Positions 47,234 to 55,713 of a DNA stretch of 64,000 nt are shown here, piece after piece (the stretch's first letter is position 1; the number at the start of each line of letters is the position of its first letter). The stretch is taken from assembly GCA_036259595.1 (NCBI GenBank), contig DATABL010000222.1, positions 1,862-65,861 of the forward strand, in the 5' to 3' direction. Source of the stretch: Actinophytocola sp. (GTDB lineage Bacteria > Actinomycetota > Actinomycetes > Mycobacteriales > Pseudonocardiaceae). Position numbers and translations under genes: made by a program. The notes beneath the pieces are model-generated. The model worked only from the letters and a program-made list of their open reading frames with translations. It ran no database searches and was not told where the DNA came from.

Positions 47234-48483
47234 CGCGCCACCGATCGGGACGCGGTCCCCGCCGCCGGCTGTTCCGGTGCGCGCGGGTGCGGGGACAGGC
47301 GGGGGAACAGCAAGGTCAGCGCGCCCGCGACGAGCAGCAGCAGGCCGACGATGGTGAGCGAGTTCGTCTCGAGTTGCTGACCCAGCGTGGTCGGCGTGAC
47401 CGCGGCCTCCATGCCCATCCACGTGTAGGGCGCGAGGAAGGACGCCGCCGCGGCGAGCAGCACCGCCGCGCCCCACAGCCAGGACCGGGTGCGCACCGCG
47501 AGCGCGGTCAGCACCACGAACACCGGCACCAGCCAGACCCAGTGATAGGCCCACGACACCGGGGAGACCAGAAGCGCGACCACGCCGACCAGCACCGCCC
47601 CCTCGCGGACGAGGCCCCGCCGGTGCAGCCCGACGCACACGGCGAGCCCGCCGACGAGCACGACCAGGGCGACGGCCAGCCAGGACGTGAGCACGTCCGG
47701 GTCGTGCAGCAGCCGGGCGAGCATGCCGCGCAGGTTCTGGTTGAACTGGATGCCGGGGTGCGGGTGTATCCGGTCGGCGTCCCAGGCGTGGCTGGTCCAG
47801 TAGGTCCACGCCGGACCCGGCATGGCCGCGAACCCGACGGCGACGGTCACCGCGAACGACGCGACGGCGGTCCACGCCTCCCGGAACCGGCGGGTGAGCA
47901 GGAAGTAGAGGACGAACAGGCCGGGCGTGAGCTTGATCCCGGCCGCGATCCCGATCATGATCCCGCGCCCGCGCGCCCCGTCCCGGCGGCACAGGTCGGC
48001 GACGACCAGCAGCGTGAGGAACATGTTGACCTGGCCGGACCACAGCTCCTGCCAACCCGGGTCGAACACGAGGAACACGCCGGCGGCGAACAGCACCACC
48101 GCCAACCGCACCCAGGCGCGCCGGACGCCGACCCAGCCGGTGGCGAGCCAGACGACACCCTGTAGGGCGAGGAAGATCCCGGCGAACCAGACGATCCGCA
48201 TCACCTCCAGGGACAGCAGTGACAGCGGGGCGAGCAGCAACCCGGCGAAGGGCGGGTAGACGAGGCTGAGCTCGGCCTGCGGGAGCCAGAACAGGTACGG
48301 GTTGTCCCCGTTCCACACCGCGGTGCCGCTGGCGTGGAAGACCTGCAGGTCGAGCGTGGTCCAAAGCCCCTCCTCCACCAACTGTCGGGCGAGGAGGGCC
48401 AGCGCGACCGACACGACGAGCGTGCCGAGCACGACGAGCGCGGACCGCCACCCGGCGTGTCCGCTTTGAGTCCGCACATCCAT
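47230..48483 (-). CDS. GT87 (DUF2029/PimE-like) polyprenol-dependent mannosyltransferase
   Basis: LDLQVF, YPPFA, GQVN, GIAAGIKLTP, NQ.LRG, SPVSW.YHWVW; frame stays open upstream to 48816. Confidence 0.88.
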   Translation of the reverse strand: MDVRTQSGHAGWRSALVVLGTLVVSVALALLARQLVEEGLWTTLDLQVFHASGTAVWNGDNPYLFWLPQAELSLVYPPFAGLLLAPLSLLSLEVMRIVWFAGIFLALQGVVWLATGWVGVRRAWVRLAVVLFAAGVFLVFDPGWQELWSGQVNMFLTLLVVADLCRRDGARGRGIMIGIAAGIKLTPGLFVLYFLLTRRFREAWTAVASFAVTVAVGFAAMPGPAWTYWTSHAWDADRIHPHPGIQFNQNLRGMLARLLHDPDVLTSWLAVALVVLVGGLAVCVGLHRRGLVREGAVLVGVVALLVSPVSWAYHWVWLVPVFVVLTALAVRTRSWLWGAAVLLAAAASFLAPYTWMGMEAAVTPTTLGQQLETNSLTIVGLLLLVAGALTLLFPRLSPHPRAPEQPAAGTASRSVAR

Positions 48484-48812
48484 GACGCCGCCTCGGGGCT
48501 GTCGACCGGAGCCGAGCCGAAACTTTTTCGGCTTTCCTCGAGGGTCCGGGCGACATGTCCCACCGACAGGAGTCGGAGGTCCCGCCGGCGTGGGAACGTC
48601 GGAAACGATCGTGCGCGTCCGCGCGTACCGGGCGTCAGCTCTGGCGGCGGTCTCCGGCCAGACCGGCTCCGCACGCACCGACTCGTCGCCTCGGGCCAGG
48701 CGGACAAGCAGGTCGATGTCGCCGCGGTCCCGGGTGGACAGCGGCGCGAGGACCGCCCGTGGCATCCCTGGACCAGCGGCGACGACAGGCCCGGGACCGA
48801 GGCGGCCTCGAC

Positions 48813-50072
48813 TCACTCACGCCCTGATCCGGTCACCTCGGCGCACTGCTCGACCAGCTCGGCTCGCAGGTGCTCGAGCCGTTCGCGTGCCGCCGTGACC
48901 TCGTCGTCGCGCAGCAGCTGGCGGCCGTCCTCGATCGGCTCGGTCCAGAGTGGAGGCTCGGCCAGGGCGCCGAACAGCGGACGCCGCCGCCCCGGCTCGA
49001 ACACCGGAGCGTGGGGGCCGGCACGGCCGTGCTCGTGCCGGCGCCGCAGGATGTGCTCCCAGGCCTGGTCCAGGTGCCGGGAGCCCTGCGCCGTCAGCTC
49101 GGCGAGCAACCCGCGCAGCCGCTCGTTCGCCGCGGCGAACGCGGCGACGGCGACACCGGCGTCGGTGGCGAGCGTGTCCCCGGTGGCGCCGGCGGCGGCG
49201 AGGCGCCGGTCCGCTCCGCGCGCCGAGTCCGCGTGGGGGTTGTGGTAGATCGCCTTCACCGCGATGGCGGTCACGCTGAACAGCAGCAACAACAGCGTGA
49301 CCGCGTCGGTGGGGGTGCTGACCGCACCGGTCTGCGAGTCACGTGCCCGCAGGACCGCCCACAGGGCCAGCGTGCCGAGCACGAGCAGGCCGAACCCGGT
49401 CGGCAACCACCAACGGGCCCACGGCAGGTCGTCGCGTTCGCGTTGCCGGTGCGGGCGGCGCCGGCGTTTCCGGATCAGGCTGCGCTCGGCGCGCTCCCGG
49501 GAGCGGAACAGGGCCTCGCCCAGCCAGTGCCCCGCCACGAGCAGCGCCACGGTGACCATCACCCCGGGCAGCAGCGCGACGTAGAACACCGGGTTCGTCG
49601 GGCTCGGCTCGACGTCGACCAGCGTGAGGAACACGACGGCGAAGAACGCGGTGTCGTACAGGCCGGCCGCCGGCACCGCGAGCCACAACGCCCACTTCGC
49701 CCACGCCGGCCGGACCCGTCGGTCCTCCGCGCCGTCGGACCGGTGCCGGTGCCACACCCGGCGCACGTCGGCCCATCTCCTGGCGAGCGCGCCGCCCTGG
49801 AGGAACACGTGCAACCGGCGCAACGCGTCCGCCGCCGCGCGCTCGTGGTCGAGCAGGGCGGCCACACCGGCGTCGATCTCCGGCCGCGCGGCCGCCACGG
49901 TCCGGTCGGCGGCGGTCCTGGCCGCGACGACCTCGGCGGCCTCCTCGTTGTTCAACTCGTCCCGCCGGTAGGCCGGGTGTTCCACCGACGGCTCCGGTGG
50001 GGCGCCGTGGCACGGCATGCCCTTGGGGCAGGGGGTGTGCAGGTAGAGCGTGCGCGCTCCGTTCTCGGTCAT
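48813..50072 (-). CDS. Uncharacterised 4-TM membrane protein with helical N- and C-terminal regions
   Basis: ATGA overlap with upstream gene; four hydrophobic segments; N-terminal CPKGMPCH. Confidence 0.72.
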   Translation of the reverse strand: MTENGARTLYLHTPCPKGMPCHGAPPEPSVEHPAYRRDELNNEEAAEVVAARTAADRTVAAARPEIDAGVAALLDHERAAADALRRLHVFLQGGALARRWADVRRVWHRHRSDGAEDRRVRPAWAKWALWLAVPAAGLYDTAFFAVVFLTLVDVEPSPTNPVFYVALLPGVMVTVALLVAGHWLGEALFRSRERAERSLIRKRRRRPHRQRERDDLPWARWWLPTGFGLLVLGTLALWAVLRARDSQTGAVSTPTDAVTLLLLLFSVTAIAVKAIYHNPHADSARGADRRLAAAGATGDTLATDAGVAVAAFAAANERLRGLLAELTAQGSRHLDQAWEHILRRRHEHGRAGPHAPVFEPGRRRPLFGALAEPPLWTEPIEDGRQLLRDDEVTAARERLEHLRAELVEQCAEVTGSGRE

Positions 50073-51289
50073 GGCGTCCCGCTCCCCGGTGCGGCGACGA
50101 CGTCGACCCGCCGGTTGCACTGCCGGGACCGGTCGTCGGCCGCCGGGGCCGGGCAGCCGGGCGCGGTGCCGGCGTGCCCGGTCGCGCGCGCGACGTGCAC
50201 ACCGAGGCCGGCCAGGAACGAGCGGACGACGTTCGCCCGCCGCTGGGCGAGCGTCCGGTTGGCCTGCGCGCTCGCCTGCGCCTCGGTGTAGCCGTCCACG
50301 GTGACGCGCGGCGCCGGCCGCTTGGCGATGTCGGCGGCGACGGCGGTCAGCTCGGACCTGCCGGCCGCGCTCAACGTCCAGTCGTTCGGGGTGAACAGCA
50401 CCGAGGAGTCCAGCCGGTAGACGACCGAGCCGTCGGCCTGTCGTACGCCCCGCTCCGCCGGAGGGAACGACACGACCGGGTCGGGTGGGGCGTCGGCCGC
50501 GGTGCGCACCCGCGCCTCCGCCACCGGCGTGGTGGACACGGCACAGCTCGCCCGCAGACTCTCGCACAGCGTGGACCACAGCGACGCCAGCCACTCCAGC
50601 TGCAGCGTGGAGGGCACGGGGTGACCGTCGCCGGGGTGCCCGACGCCCAGCAGCGTCACCGCCGTCCCGGACAGGTCGGGCAGCCCGCGCTCACGGCACA
50701 GCCGGTCGATCGGCCCGATCATCGCGAGGTCGCCGACGGTGACCCGGGTCAGGTCCGCGCACCCGGTGGTGGCGAGTCCGTCGGTGGCCACCGCGATCCG
50801 CCGGTCGCCCTCGGTGCCGGCCAGTTCCTGCCCGGCCACGGCGATCGCGCCCAGGACGTCGGTACCGGGCGCCTTCGCCGGCACGGCGGCCGCCCGCTTG
50901 AGCTCGGTCCGCAGACACGTCCGCGCCGTGTCGCGGTCGGCCTCCCGGTTGCTCTCCTTGTTCCGGCCGCGATCGGTCACCCACCCCTCCGCGATCCACC
51001 GCACGGTGCTCGCGGTGCCGTCGAACGTGCCGACGTACACCACGTGTCCGGCCTCGACCGCGTCGTGGACCACGCCCCCGAGCGCGGAGACGTAGTCGGG
51101 TCCGGTGGCCCCGGCGGTGGAGGCCGACCGGTCCAGCAGGACGATCGTCCGGCCGGCGTCCCCCGCGGACCCGGCGGTCATCCAGTCGCACGCGCCCACG
51201 CCCTCGGCCTCGTCGAAGAAGCTGCAGCCGGCGAGCGCCGGCACCGCCAGCAGCGCGGCGACCGCGGTGACGCTGATCCCCTTCCTCAT
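50069..51289 (-). CDS. Lipoprotein with vWA (MIDAS) domain and C-terminal OmpA-like peptidoglycan-binding domain
   Basis: Lipobox LAGC; VLLDRSAS, GTDVLGAI, VATDG (complete MIDAS); LDSSVLF...VDGYTE...N..LAQRRA..V...NRRVDV. Confidence 0.82.
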   Translation of the reverse strand: MRKGISVTAVAALLAVPALAGCSFFDEAEGVGACDWMTAGSAGDAGRTIVLLDRSASTAGATGPDYVSALGGVVHDAVEAGHVVYVGTFDGTASTVRWIAEGWVTDRGRNKESNREADRDTARTCLRTELKRAAAVPAKAPGTDVLGAIAVAGQELAGTEGDRRIAVATDGLATTGCADLTRVTVGDLAMIGPIDRLCRERGLPDLSGTAVTLLGVGHPGDGHPVPSTLQLEWLASLWSTLCESLRASCAVSTTPVAEARVRTAADAPPDPVVSFPPAERGVRQADGSVVYRLDSSVLFTPNDWTLSAAGRSELTAVAADIAKRPAPRVTVDGYTEAQASAQANRTLAQRRANVVRSFLAGLGVHVARATGHAGTAPGCPAPAADDRSRQCNRRVDVVAAPGSGTP

Positions 51290-52089
51290 GCCGCACCCGC
51301 TTCCTCGGCCGCGGCCAGCACGTCCTCGCGCACCCCCGCCTGCCGGGCGAAGGTCCGCGCCGCCAGGTCGTAGGACTCGGCCAGCTCGAACATGCCGATC
51401 CGTCCGTGGCCGTTGCGGGCCTTCTCCAGCACGCTGACCAGGTCGGTGCCCAACGCGAGCTGCCGGTCGGCCAGGCCGTCCAGCGCGGCGGCGAGGTCGG
51501 TGTCGGTGAGCGTCGCCGCCTGGACGACCAGCGGGGTGGAGCCGAACTCCGCCAGCACGTCCCGCCACCGTTCCAGCAGGTCGACGAGGTGGTCGATGCG
51601 CCGATGCTCGACCCGGTACCGCAGGTCCAGCTCGACCAGCCGCTCCCACAGCGGCAGGTGCCGGTCGAGCACCCGCCCGTCGGCCAGCACCCGCACGCTG
51701 GCCCGGCAGGCGACGAGCTCGCCGGTCTCCTCGCCGTAGCACCAGCCGTCGCGCAGCGCCTCGTTCATCGCGCGCTCGGCGTCCTCCGGGCGGTGCGGTT
51801 CGGTGGCGCGGGAGATGGGCCAGATCGCGGTGCGCAGCGCCCGGACCGCGCTGTCGTGGTAACGGTCGACCCGCTCGCGCAGCGTTTCCGCCCAGACACC
51901 ACGGGCGGACCAGGTCAGGTCGTACTCCACGGTGAAGGTGAAGACCCCGCCGTCGGCCGGCACGACGATCGGGTCACCGGTGCGGTACTCGAGGACCACC
52001 GTGTCGGCCGGCGTCAGCACGGGCCGGGTGAACCAGCCGCGGATCCTGGCGAAGAGGCCTCGCCGCGGGGTCGGTGCTGCTGTGGTCAT
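51286..52089 (-). CDS. Uncharacterised protein, possibly SPFH/band-7-like with C-terminal helical region
   Basis: ATGA overlaps at both ends; VPADGGVFTFTVEYDLTW beta-rich segment followed by helices; fold assignment tentative. Confidence 0.6.
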   Translation of the reverse strand: MTTAAPTPRRGLFARIRGWFTRPVLTPADTVVLEYRTGDPIVVPADGGVFTFTVEYDLTWSARGVWAETLRERVDRYHDSAVRALRTAIWPISRATEPHRPEDAERAMNEALRDGWCYGEETGELVACRASVRVLADGRVLDRHLPLWERLVELDLRYRVEHRRIDHLVDLLERWRDVLAEFGSTPLVVQAATLTDTDLAAALDGLADRQLALGTDLVSVLEKARNGHGRIGMFELAESYDLAARTFARQAGVREDVLAAAEEAGAA

Positions 52090-54353
52090 GTGCTCATTCC
52101 CTTCGAGAGGTTGTCGTGCAGGCGCCGCAGGATCGACAGCTCGGGGTAGCGGTGCCGCCAGAGTTCGAGGTGGAACCGGGCCCGGACGTACACGGCGTGG
52201 TGGTGCAGGAGCTCGCCGGCGAACCGCTCGGTCGCCTGGTCGAGCTCGCCCCGGCCGTCGGCCCGGACGAACCAGGCGAGCAGGGCTTCCCAGCCCCGCG
52301 TCGCCGTCCTGGGTTCGGTCAGCGTGGCCCGCCACAGCTCGACGAGCCGGTCCCGGGCGACGCGGTCCGCGCGGGCCAGGCACAGCAGTGCCGGCCAGCA
52401 GTCGTCCGGCGCCGGGGCCGGCCGGTGGGCGAGGAAGGTCAGCGCGCGGGCCGCGTGCACGCGCACGCACCGCTCGCCGTCGCGGGCCCACCGGGACAGC
52501 TCGTCGAGGACGACGTGGGCGAACTCCGGGTCGTCGGGGCGGTAGACGTGTGCGAGCGCGCGGGCGACCGCGGGGCTGCCCTCCTGCTCCCGCCGGAAGG
52601 CGATCAGCCAGAGCGGGGTCAGCGCGTCCTCGGTGAACTCGGATCCCAGCCGGGTGGCGTAGCAGCGGGCGGCGGTGTCGTTGCGGAACGGGTCCGGGCT
52701 GAGCGCCCAGTCGCGGACCTGCCGGCAGACCCGGCGGGTCATGGCCGGCTCCAGGACCGCCCGTTCCATCGCCCACGCCGCGGCCTGCCGGTGCGACCGC
52801 CGCTCCGAGGCCGCCCACACCCGCAGCAACCGGCGGTACACCAGGCCGAAGTCGAAGACCGCGAGCTGACCGGCCACCTGCCCGGCCCGCATCCGGACCC
52901 GCTCTCGCTGGTCGCCGCCCAGGTCACCGAGCCAGTCCAGCAGCGGGTTCCGCAGGTGGTCGTAGTCGTGCCAGACCACGTCGAGCACCGCCTTGGCCAG
53001 CGTCGGGTCCACCAGCCGGGCCCGGCGGGCGGCCGGCTGCTCGTCGTCGGGCCGGTCCGGGCCGGAACGCCCCCGCATCTCGGCGTCGACCAGGTCCTCC
53101 AGGCCGCCCGCGAACACGGAGCTGACCAGCCCCGGCTGTTCGGCGAGCGTCTCCTCGGGCAGCGCGGCACGCAACGCGGCGGCGAGCTCGAAGACCAGCG
53201 GGTGCGGATGGCCGTTGTAGACGGCATAGGCGATCCGCGTGGTCAGCCGGCGCAGCGTGTGCACGTCGCCGTCCTGGTTCGCCCCGGCCAACATGCGTGC
53301 CGCGAGGTCGCGCAACGCGCCCGGCAGCAGGGCGACGGCCTCGGCGGGGTCCCCGCCCTGCTGTCCGGTCTCAGCCAGGCGTTGGGCGAGGGTCACCACC
53401 TCGCCGGGTCGCGACGAGGCCCGGAGCTGCTCGGCGACGGTGGGGTCGAGGCGACAGGTGCGGACGAACTCCGCACACCGCGCCTCCGACCAGCCCTGGA
53501 CACGCAGCAGGTGGGTCAGATGGCGTTCGAGCACCTGCGCGGCGGGCGGCGGGCGGAACGGCACCGCGTACGGCTCGAGCGCGTCGACCGGCGCACCGAC
53601 GACGACCAGGTAGCCCTGGTTCTCGTCCAGTACGCCGCCCGCCGTGGCCAGGGTCTGCTTGCGCGGCGGGCGGGCCGGCGAAAGCTCGACGACGTGACCG
53701 TGCCCGGTGGCCAGCAGCCCGTCCTGGTCCAGCACCGTGGTCAGGTCCGCCTCGTCGTCCAGGTCGATCGAGACGACCTTGTCGCTACCGCTGAGCTCCG
53801 CGAGCGCGGCCAGGGCCGTCGCCAGCCGACCGGTGCCCTCGTGCCCGTTCAGGAAGGCGACCCGGTACTGGCGCAGGGTGTCGAGCAGCGCGCCGTACTC
53901 GGCGGTCCAGACGTGGGTGGCCAGGGTGGTCTCGACCAGTCCCACCGGACGCGCGCTGCGCGCCCGCTTCGTCGGTTCGGCGCCGAAGTAGTTCGAGATG
54001 CTGTCGGCGACCATGGCGCGCTCACCCGACGCCGCCTTGTCGGAGATGGACCACGGCGTCAGGGGCCGCTCCGCGGCGTACCGGCTGCGGGCGGCCCCCC
54101 GGCGGACCGAACGGAGGACGTCGAGGTCGACACCGAGACGCCGCAGGCTCTCGTCCCGCGACTGCTGGTCCTGCCACTCGGTGTCGGGCTCATCCGTCTC
54201 GTCCAGCAGCGCCTCCGGTGCGGGTTCCGGTTCCGGTTCTGGTGTCGGTGTCGGCTCCGGTGTCGGCTCCGATGGCTCGACGGGCTCGGCCGGCTGGGCG
54301 ACCGGTTCCGGCTCGGCCGGGGGCGGGTTCTGGTCGGGGTCCATCCGACTCAC
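52086..54353 (-). CDS. STAND/NLR-like protein: Pro/Glu-rich N-terminus, degenerate P-loop NTPase, C-terminal ARM/HEAT-like repeats
   Basis: RVAFLNGHEGTGRLATAL (Walker A with R for K, no S/T), GYLVVVG strand, Ala/Leu/Arg/Trp helical repeats; GTGA overlap with the BTAD gene. Confidence 0.7.
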   Translation of the reverse strand: MSRMDPDQNPPPAEPEPVAQPAEPVEPSEPTPEPTPTPEPEPEPAPEALLDETDEPDTEWQDQQSRDESLRRLGVDLDVLRSVRRGAARSRYAAERPLTPWSISDKAASGERAMVADSISNYFGAEPTKRARSARPVGLVETTLATHVWTAEYGALLDTLRQYRVAFLNGHEGTGRLATALAALAELSGSDKVVSIDLDDEADLTTVLDQDGLLATGHGHVVELSPARPPRKQTLATAGGVLDENQGYLVVVGAPVDALEPYAVPFRPPPAAQVLERHLTHLLRVQGWSEARCAEFVRTCRLDPTVAEQLRASSRPGEVVTLAQRLAETGQQGGDPAEAVALLPGALRDLAARMLAGANQDGDVHTLRRLTTRIAYAVYNGHPHPLVFELAAALRAALPEETLAEQPGLVSSVFAGGLEDLVDAEMRGRSGPDRPDDEQPAARRARLVDPTLAKAVLDVVWHDYDHLRNPLLDWLGDLGGDQRERVRMRAGQVAGQLAVFDFGLVYRRLLRVWAASERRSHRQAAAWAMERAVLEPAMTRRVCRQVRDWALSPDPFRNDTAARCYATRLGSEFTEDALTPLWLIAFRREQEGSPAVARALAHVYRPDDPEFAHVVLDELSRWARDGERCVRVHAARALTFLAHRPAPAPDDCWPALLCLARADRVARDRLVELWRATLTEPRTATRGWEALLAWFVRADGRGELDQATERFAGELLHHHAVYVRARFHLELWRHRYPELSILRRLHDNLSKGMST
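54218..54325 (-). repeat. Pro-Glu/Pro-Thr low-complexity coding repeat
   Basis: Encodes PPPAEPEPVAQPAEPVEPSEPTPEPTPTPEPEPEP; imperfect 6-bp units such as ggttcc/ggtgtc. Confidence 0.7.
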
Positions 54354-55252
54354 CCACCCGTCTGCCAGTGGTTGGTGATGGACCCGGCGATCATCGCGCG
54401 CTCCCCGGTGACGTGGTTGCCCGAAATGTGCACGGCGCCGGGTGCCTCGGTGGCGGACGAGTCGTCCGGTTTGGCATCCGGTTTCGTGATGGCCTCGATG
54501 GCCTCTGCGCGGGCAGGGATCAGCGCGGGGTCATGGTCGAGGATTCGCTTGTGCATTCTCGCGAGTGGTTCGCGCACTTCATTGCCGAGTTCGTCCATGA
54601 TGAATTCGGCGGTTTCGCGGTACACCGCTAGTGCCAGATCCTGGCGACCCGAGCGGTAGTGCGCGAGCATCAGCAGCTCGGCCACCATCTCGTCGAACGG
54701 CTTGTCGCGGTGTAGAGCGGCGAGTTCGGGCAGGTACTGGTCGTGGTTGCCGAGCCGGAGCTCCACCTCCATCCACCGGACCCGAGCGATGTCGATCCGA
54801 TCGACCAGCTCGACGCGGTAGTTGCCCAACCGTTCGCCGGTGAGCACGCCGAGGGGATCCCCGTAGACGAGGTCGAACGCCTCGCGGTACAGCACCGCCG
54901 CCCGCTCGTCGTCGGCCTGCCCCGCGGCCCCGACCAGCGCTTGGAACCGGTGCACGTCAACACTGTCCGCCGGCACATTCAGCTTGCACTGCCCCTGCTC
55001 GCAGACCAGCGCGCCACTCAGGCCCAGGTCGTCGAGCCGGCCGCGCAGACCCGCCATCAGGCTCTCCACGGTGTTCCTGGCGACCGGCTGGTCCCACACC
55101 CACCGCTGCAGCGCCTCACGAGACATGAACGTTCCCCTCTGCGCCAGCAGAGGCACGAGCGCGCGCTGCTCATTGGGCGACCCGAGGGCGACGGGCCGGT
55201 CGTCGAGGTACGCCTGCGGCGGACCAAGTATCCGGAAGTTGGTTGCCATCAT
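54350..55252 (-). CDS. SARP/AfsR-like regulator (winged HTH + BTAD) with C-terminal extension
   Basis: FRILGP, MSREALQRWVW, VDVHRF, ELRLGNH, PFDE...LMLAHYRSGRQDLALAVY...DELG. Confidence 0.88.
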   Translation of the reverse strand: MMATNFRILGPPQAYLDDRPVALGSPNEQRALVPLLAQRGTFMSREALQRWVWDQPVARNTVESLMAGLRGRLDDLGLSGALVCEQGQCKLNVPADSVDVHRFQALVGAAGQADDERAAVLYREAFDLVYGDPLGVLTGERLGNYRVELVDRIDIARVRWMEVELRLGNHDQYLPELAALHRDKPFDEMVAELLMLAHYRSGRQDLALAVYRETAEFIMDELGNEVREPLARMHKRILDHDPALIPARAEAIEAITKPDAKPDDSSATEAPGAVHISGNHVTGERAMIAGSITNHWQTGG

Positions 55253-55397
55253 CGTCTTTCTGTCTCGTTCGAATTGATCCGATATCCAGCTACTCATCCA
55301 GTCGAACGCAAGTAAAACGCCCAGCTCACCACCCAGGAGCGCCCTGAATCGTCGTTCTCACGGCGGCAGAAAGCCACCGAAAAACGACGGAGGAAAA

Positions 55398-55622
55398 ATG
55401 CGCGAGAACTACTGTGCTGTCGAGATTCCGGCGAACGCCGAATGGCGTAAGGCCACGTACAGCGAGGCGCACGGATCGTGTGTGGAGCTCACCCCGGTCG
55501 GCGCCGGGTTCGCCGTGCGGGACTCGAAGAACACCGACGGTCCGGTGATGCGGCCGGTCGTCTCCGGGTGGGCGGTGTTCCTCGGCCGGGTCCGCACCGA
55601 CGGCTTCGACCGCCGGGCCTGA
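55398..55622 (+). CDS. DUF397 domain protein
   Basis: WRKATYS...SCVEL...AVRDSKN..GP...W..F. Confidence 0.88.
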   Translation: MRENYCAVEIPANAEWRKATYSEAHGSCVELTPVGAGFAVRDSKNTDGPVMRPVVSGWAVFLGRVRTDGFDRRA

Positions 55623-55630
55623 TCCCGTCC

Positions 55631-55685
55631 CGGTGACGCGGGGTGTGTCGCACCCCCAGACCGCGGCACACCCCGCGCCTCACCG
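55631..55685. terminator. Bidirectional terminator-like hairpin
   Basis: cggtga-cgcggggtgtgtcgc / gcggcacaccccgcg-cc-tcaccg between convergent genes. Confidence 0.6.
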
Positions 55686-55713
55686 CCGCGACGGCTGCTC
55701 GGCAGCGCGCCCG

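Noticed and set aside
48813-51289. Zorya ZorA/ZorB or MotA/MotB call for the TM + OmpA pair
   Set aside because: The OmpA protein is a lipoprotein with a vWA domain and lacks the MotB/ZorB transmembrane Asp helix; no ZorC/D/E-like genes
52074-54659. 861-aa plus-strand ORF and other long Arg/Gly/Pro-rich alternative-frame ORFs across the window
   Set aside because: Overlap well-supported genes on the other strand or frame and lack recognisable domains
54350-55252. BTAD protein as the activator of the polyketide cluster TCGA repeats
   Set aside because: Lies ~9 kb beyond the last repeat inside a different operon, and its recognition helix (NTVESLMAGLR) departs from typical cluster SARPs; not excluded, but unsupported
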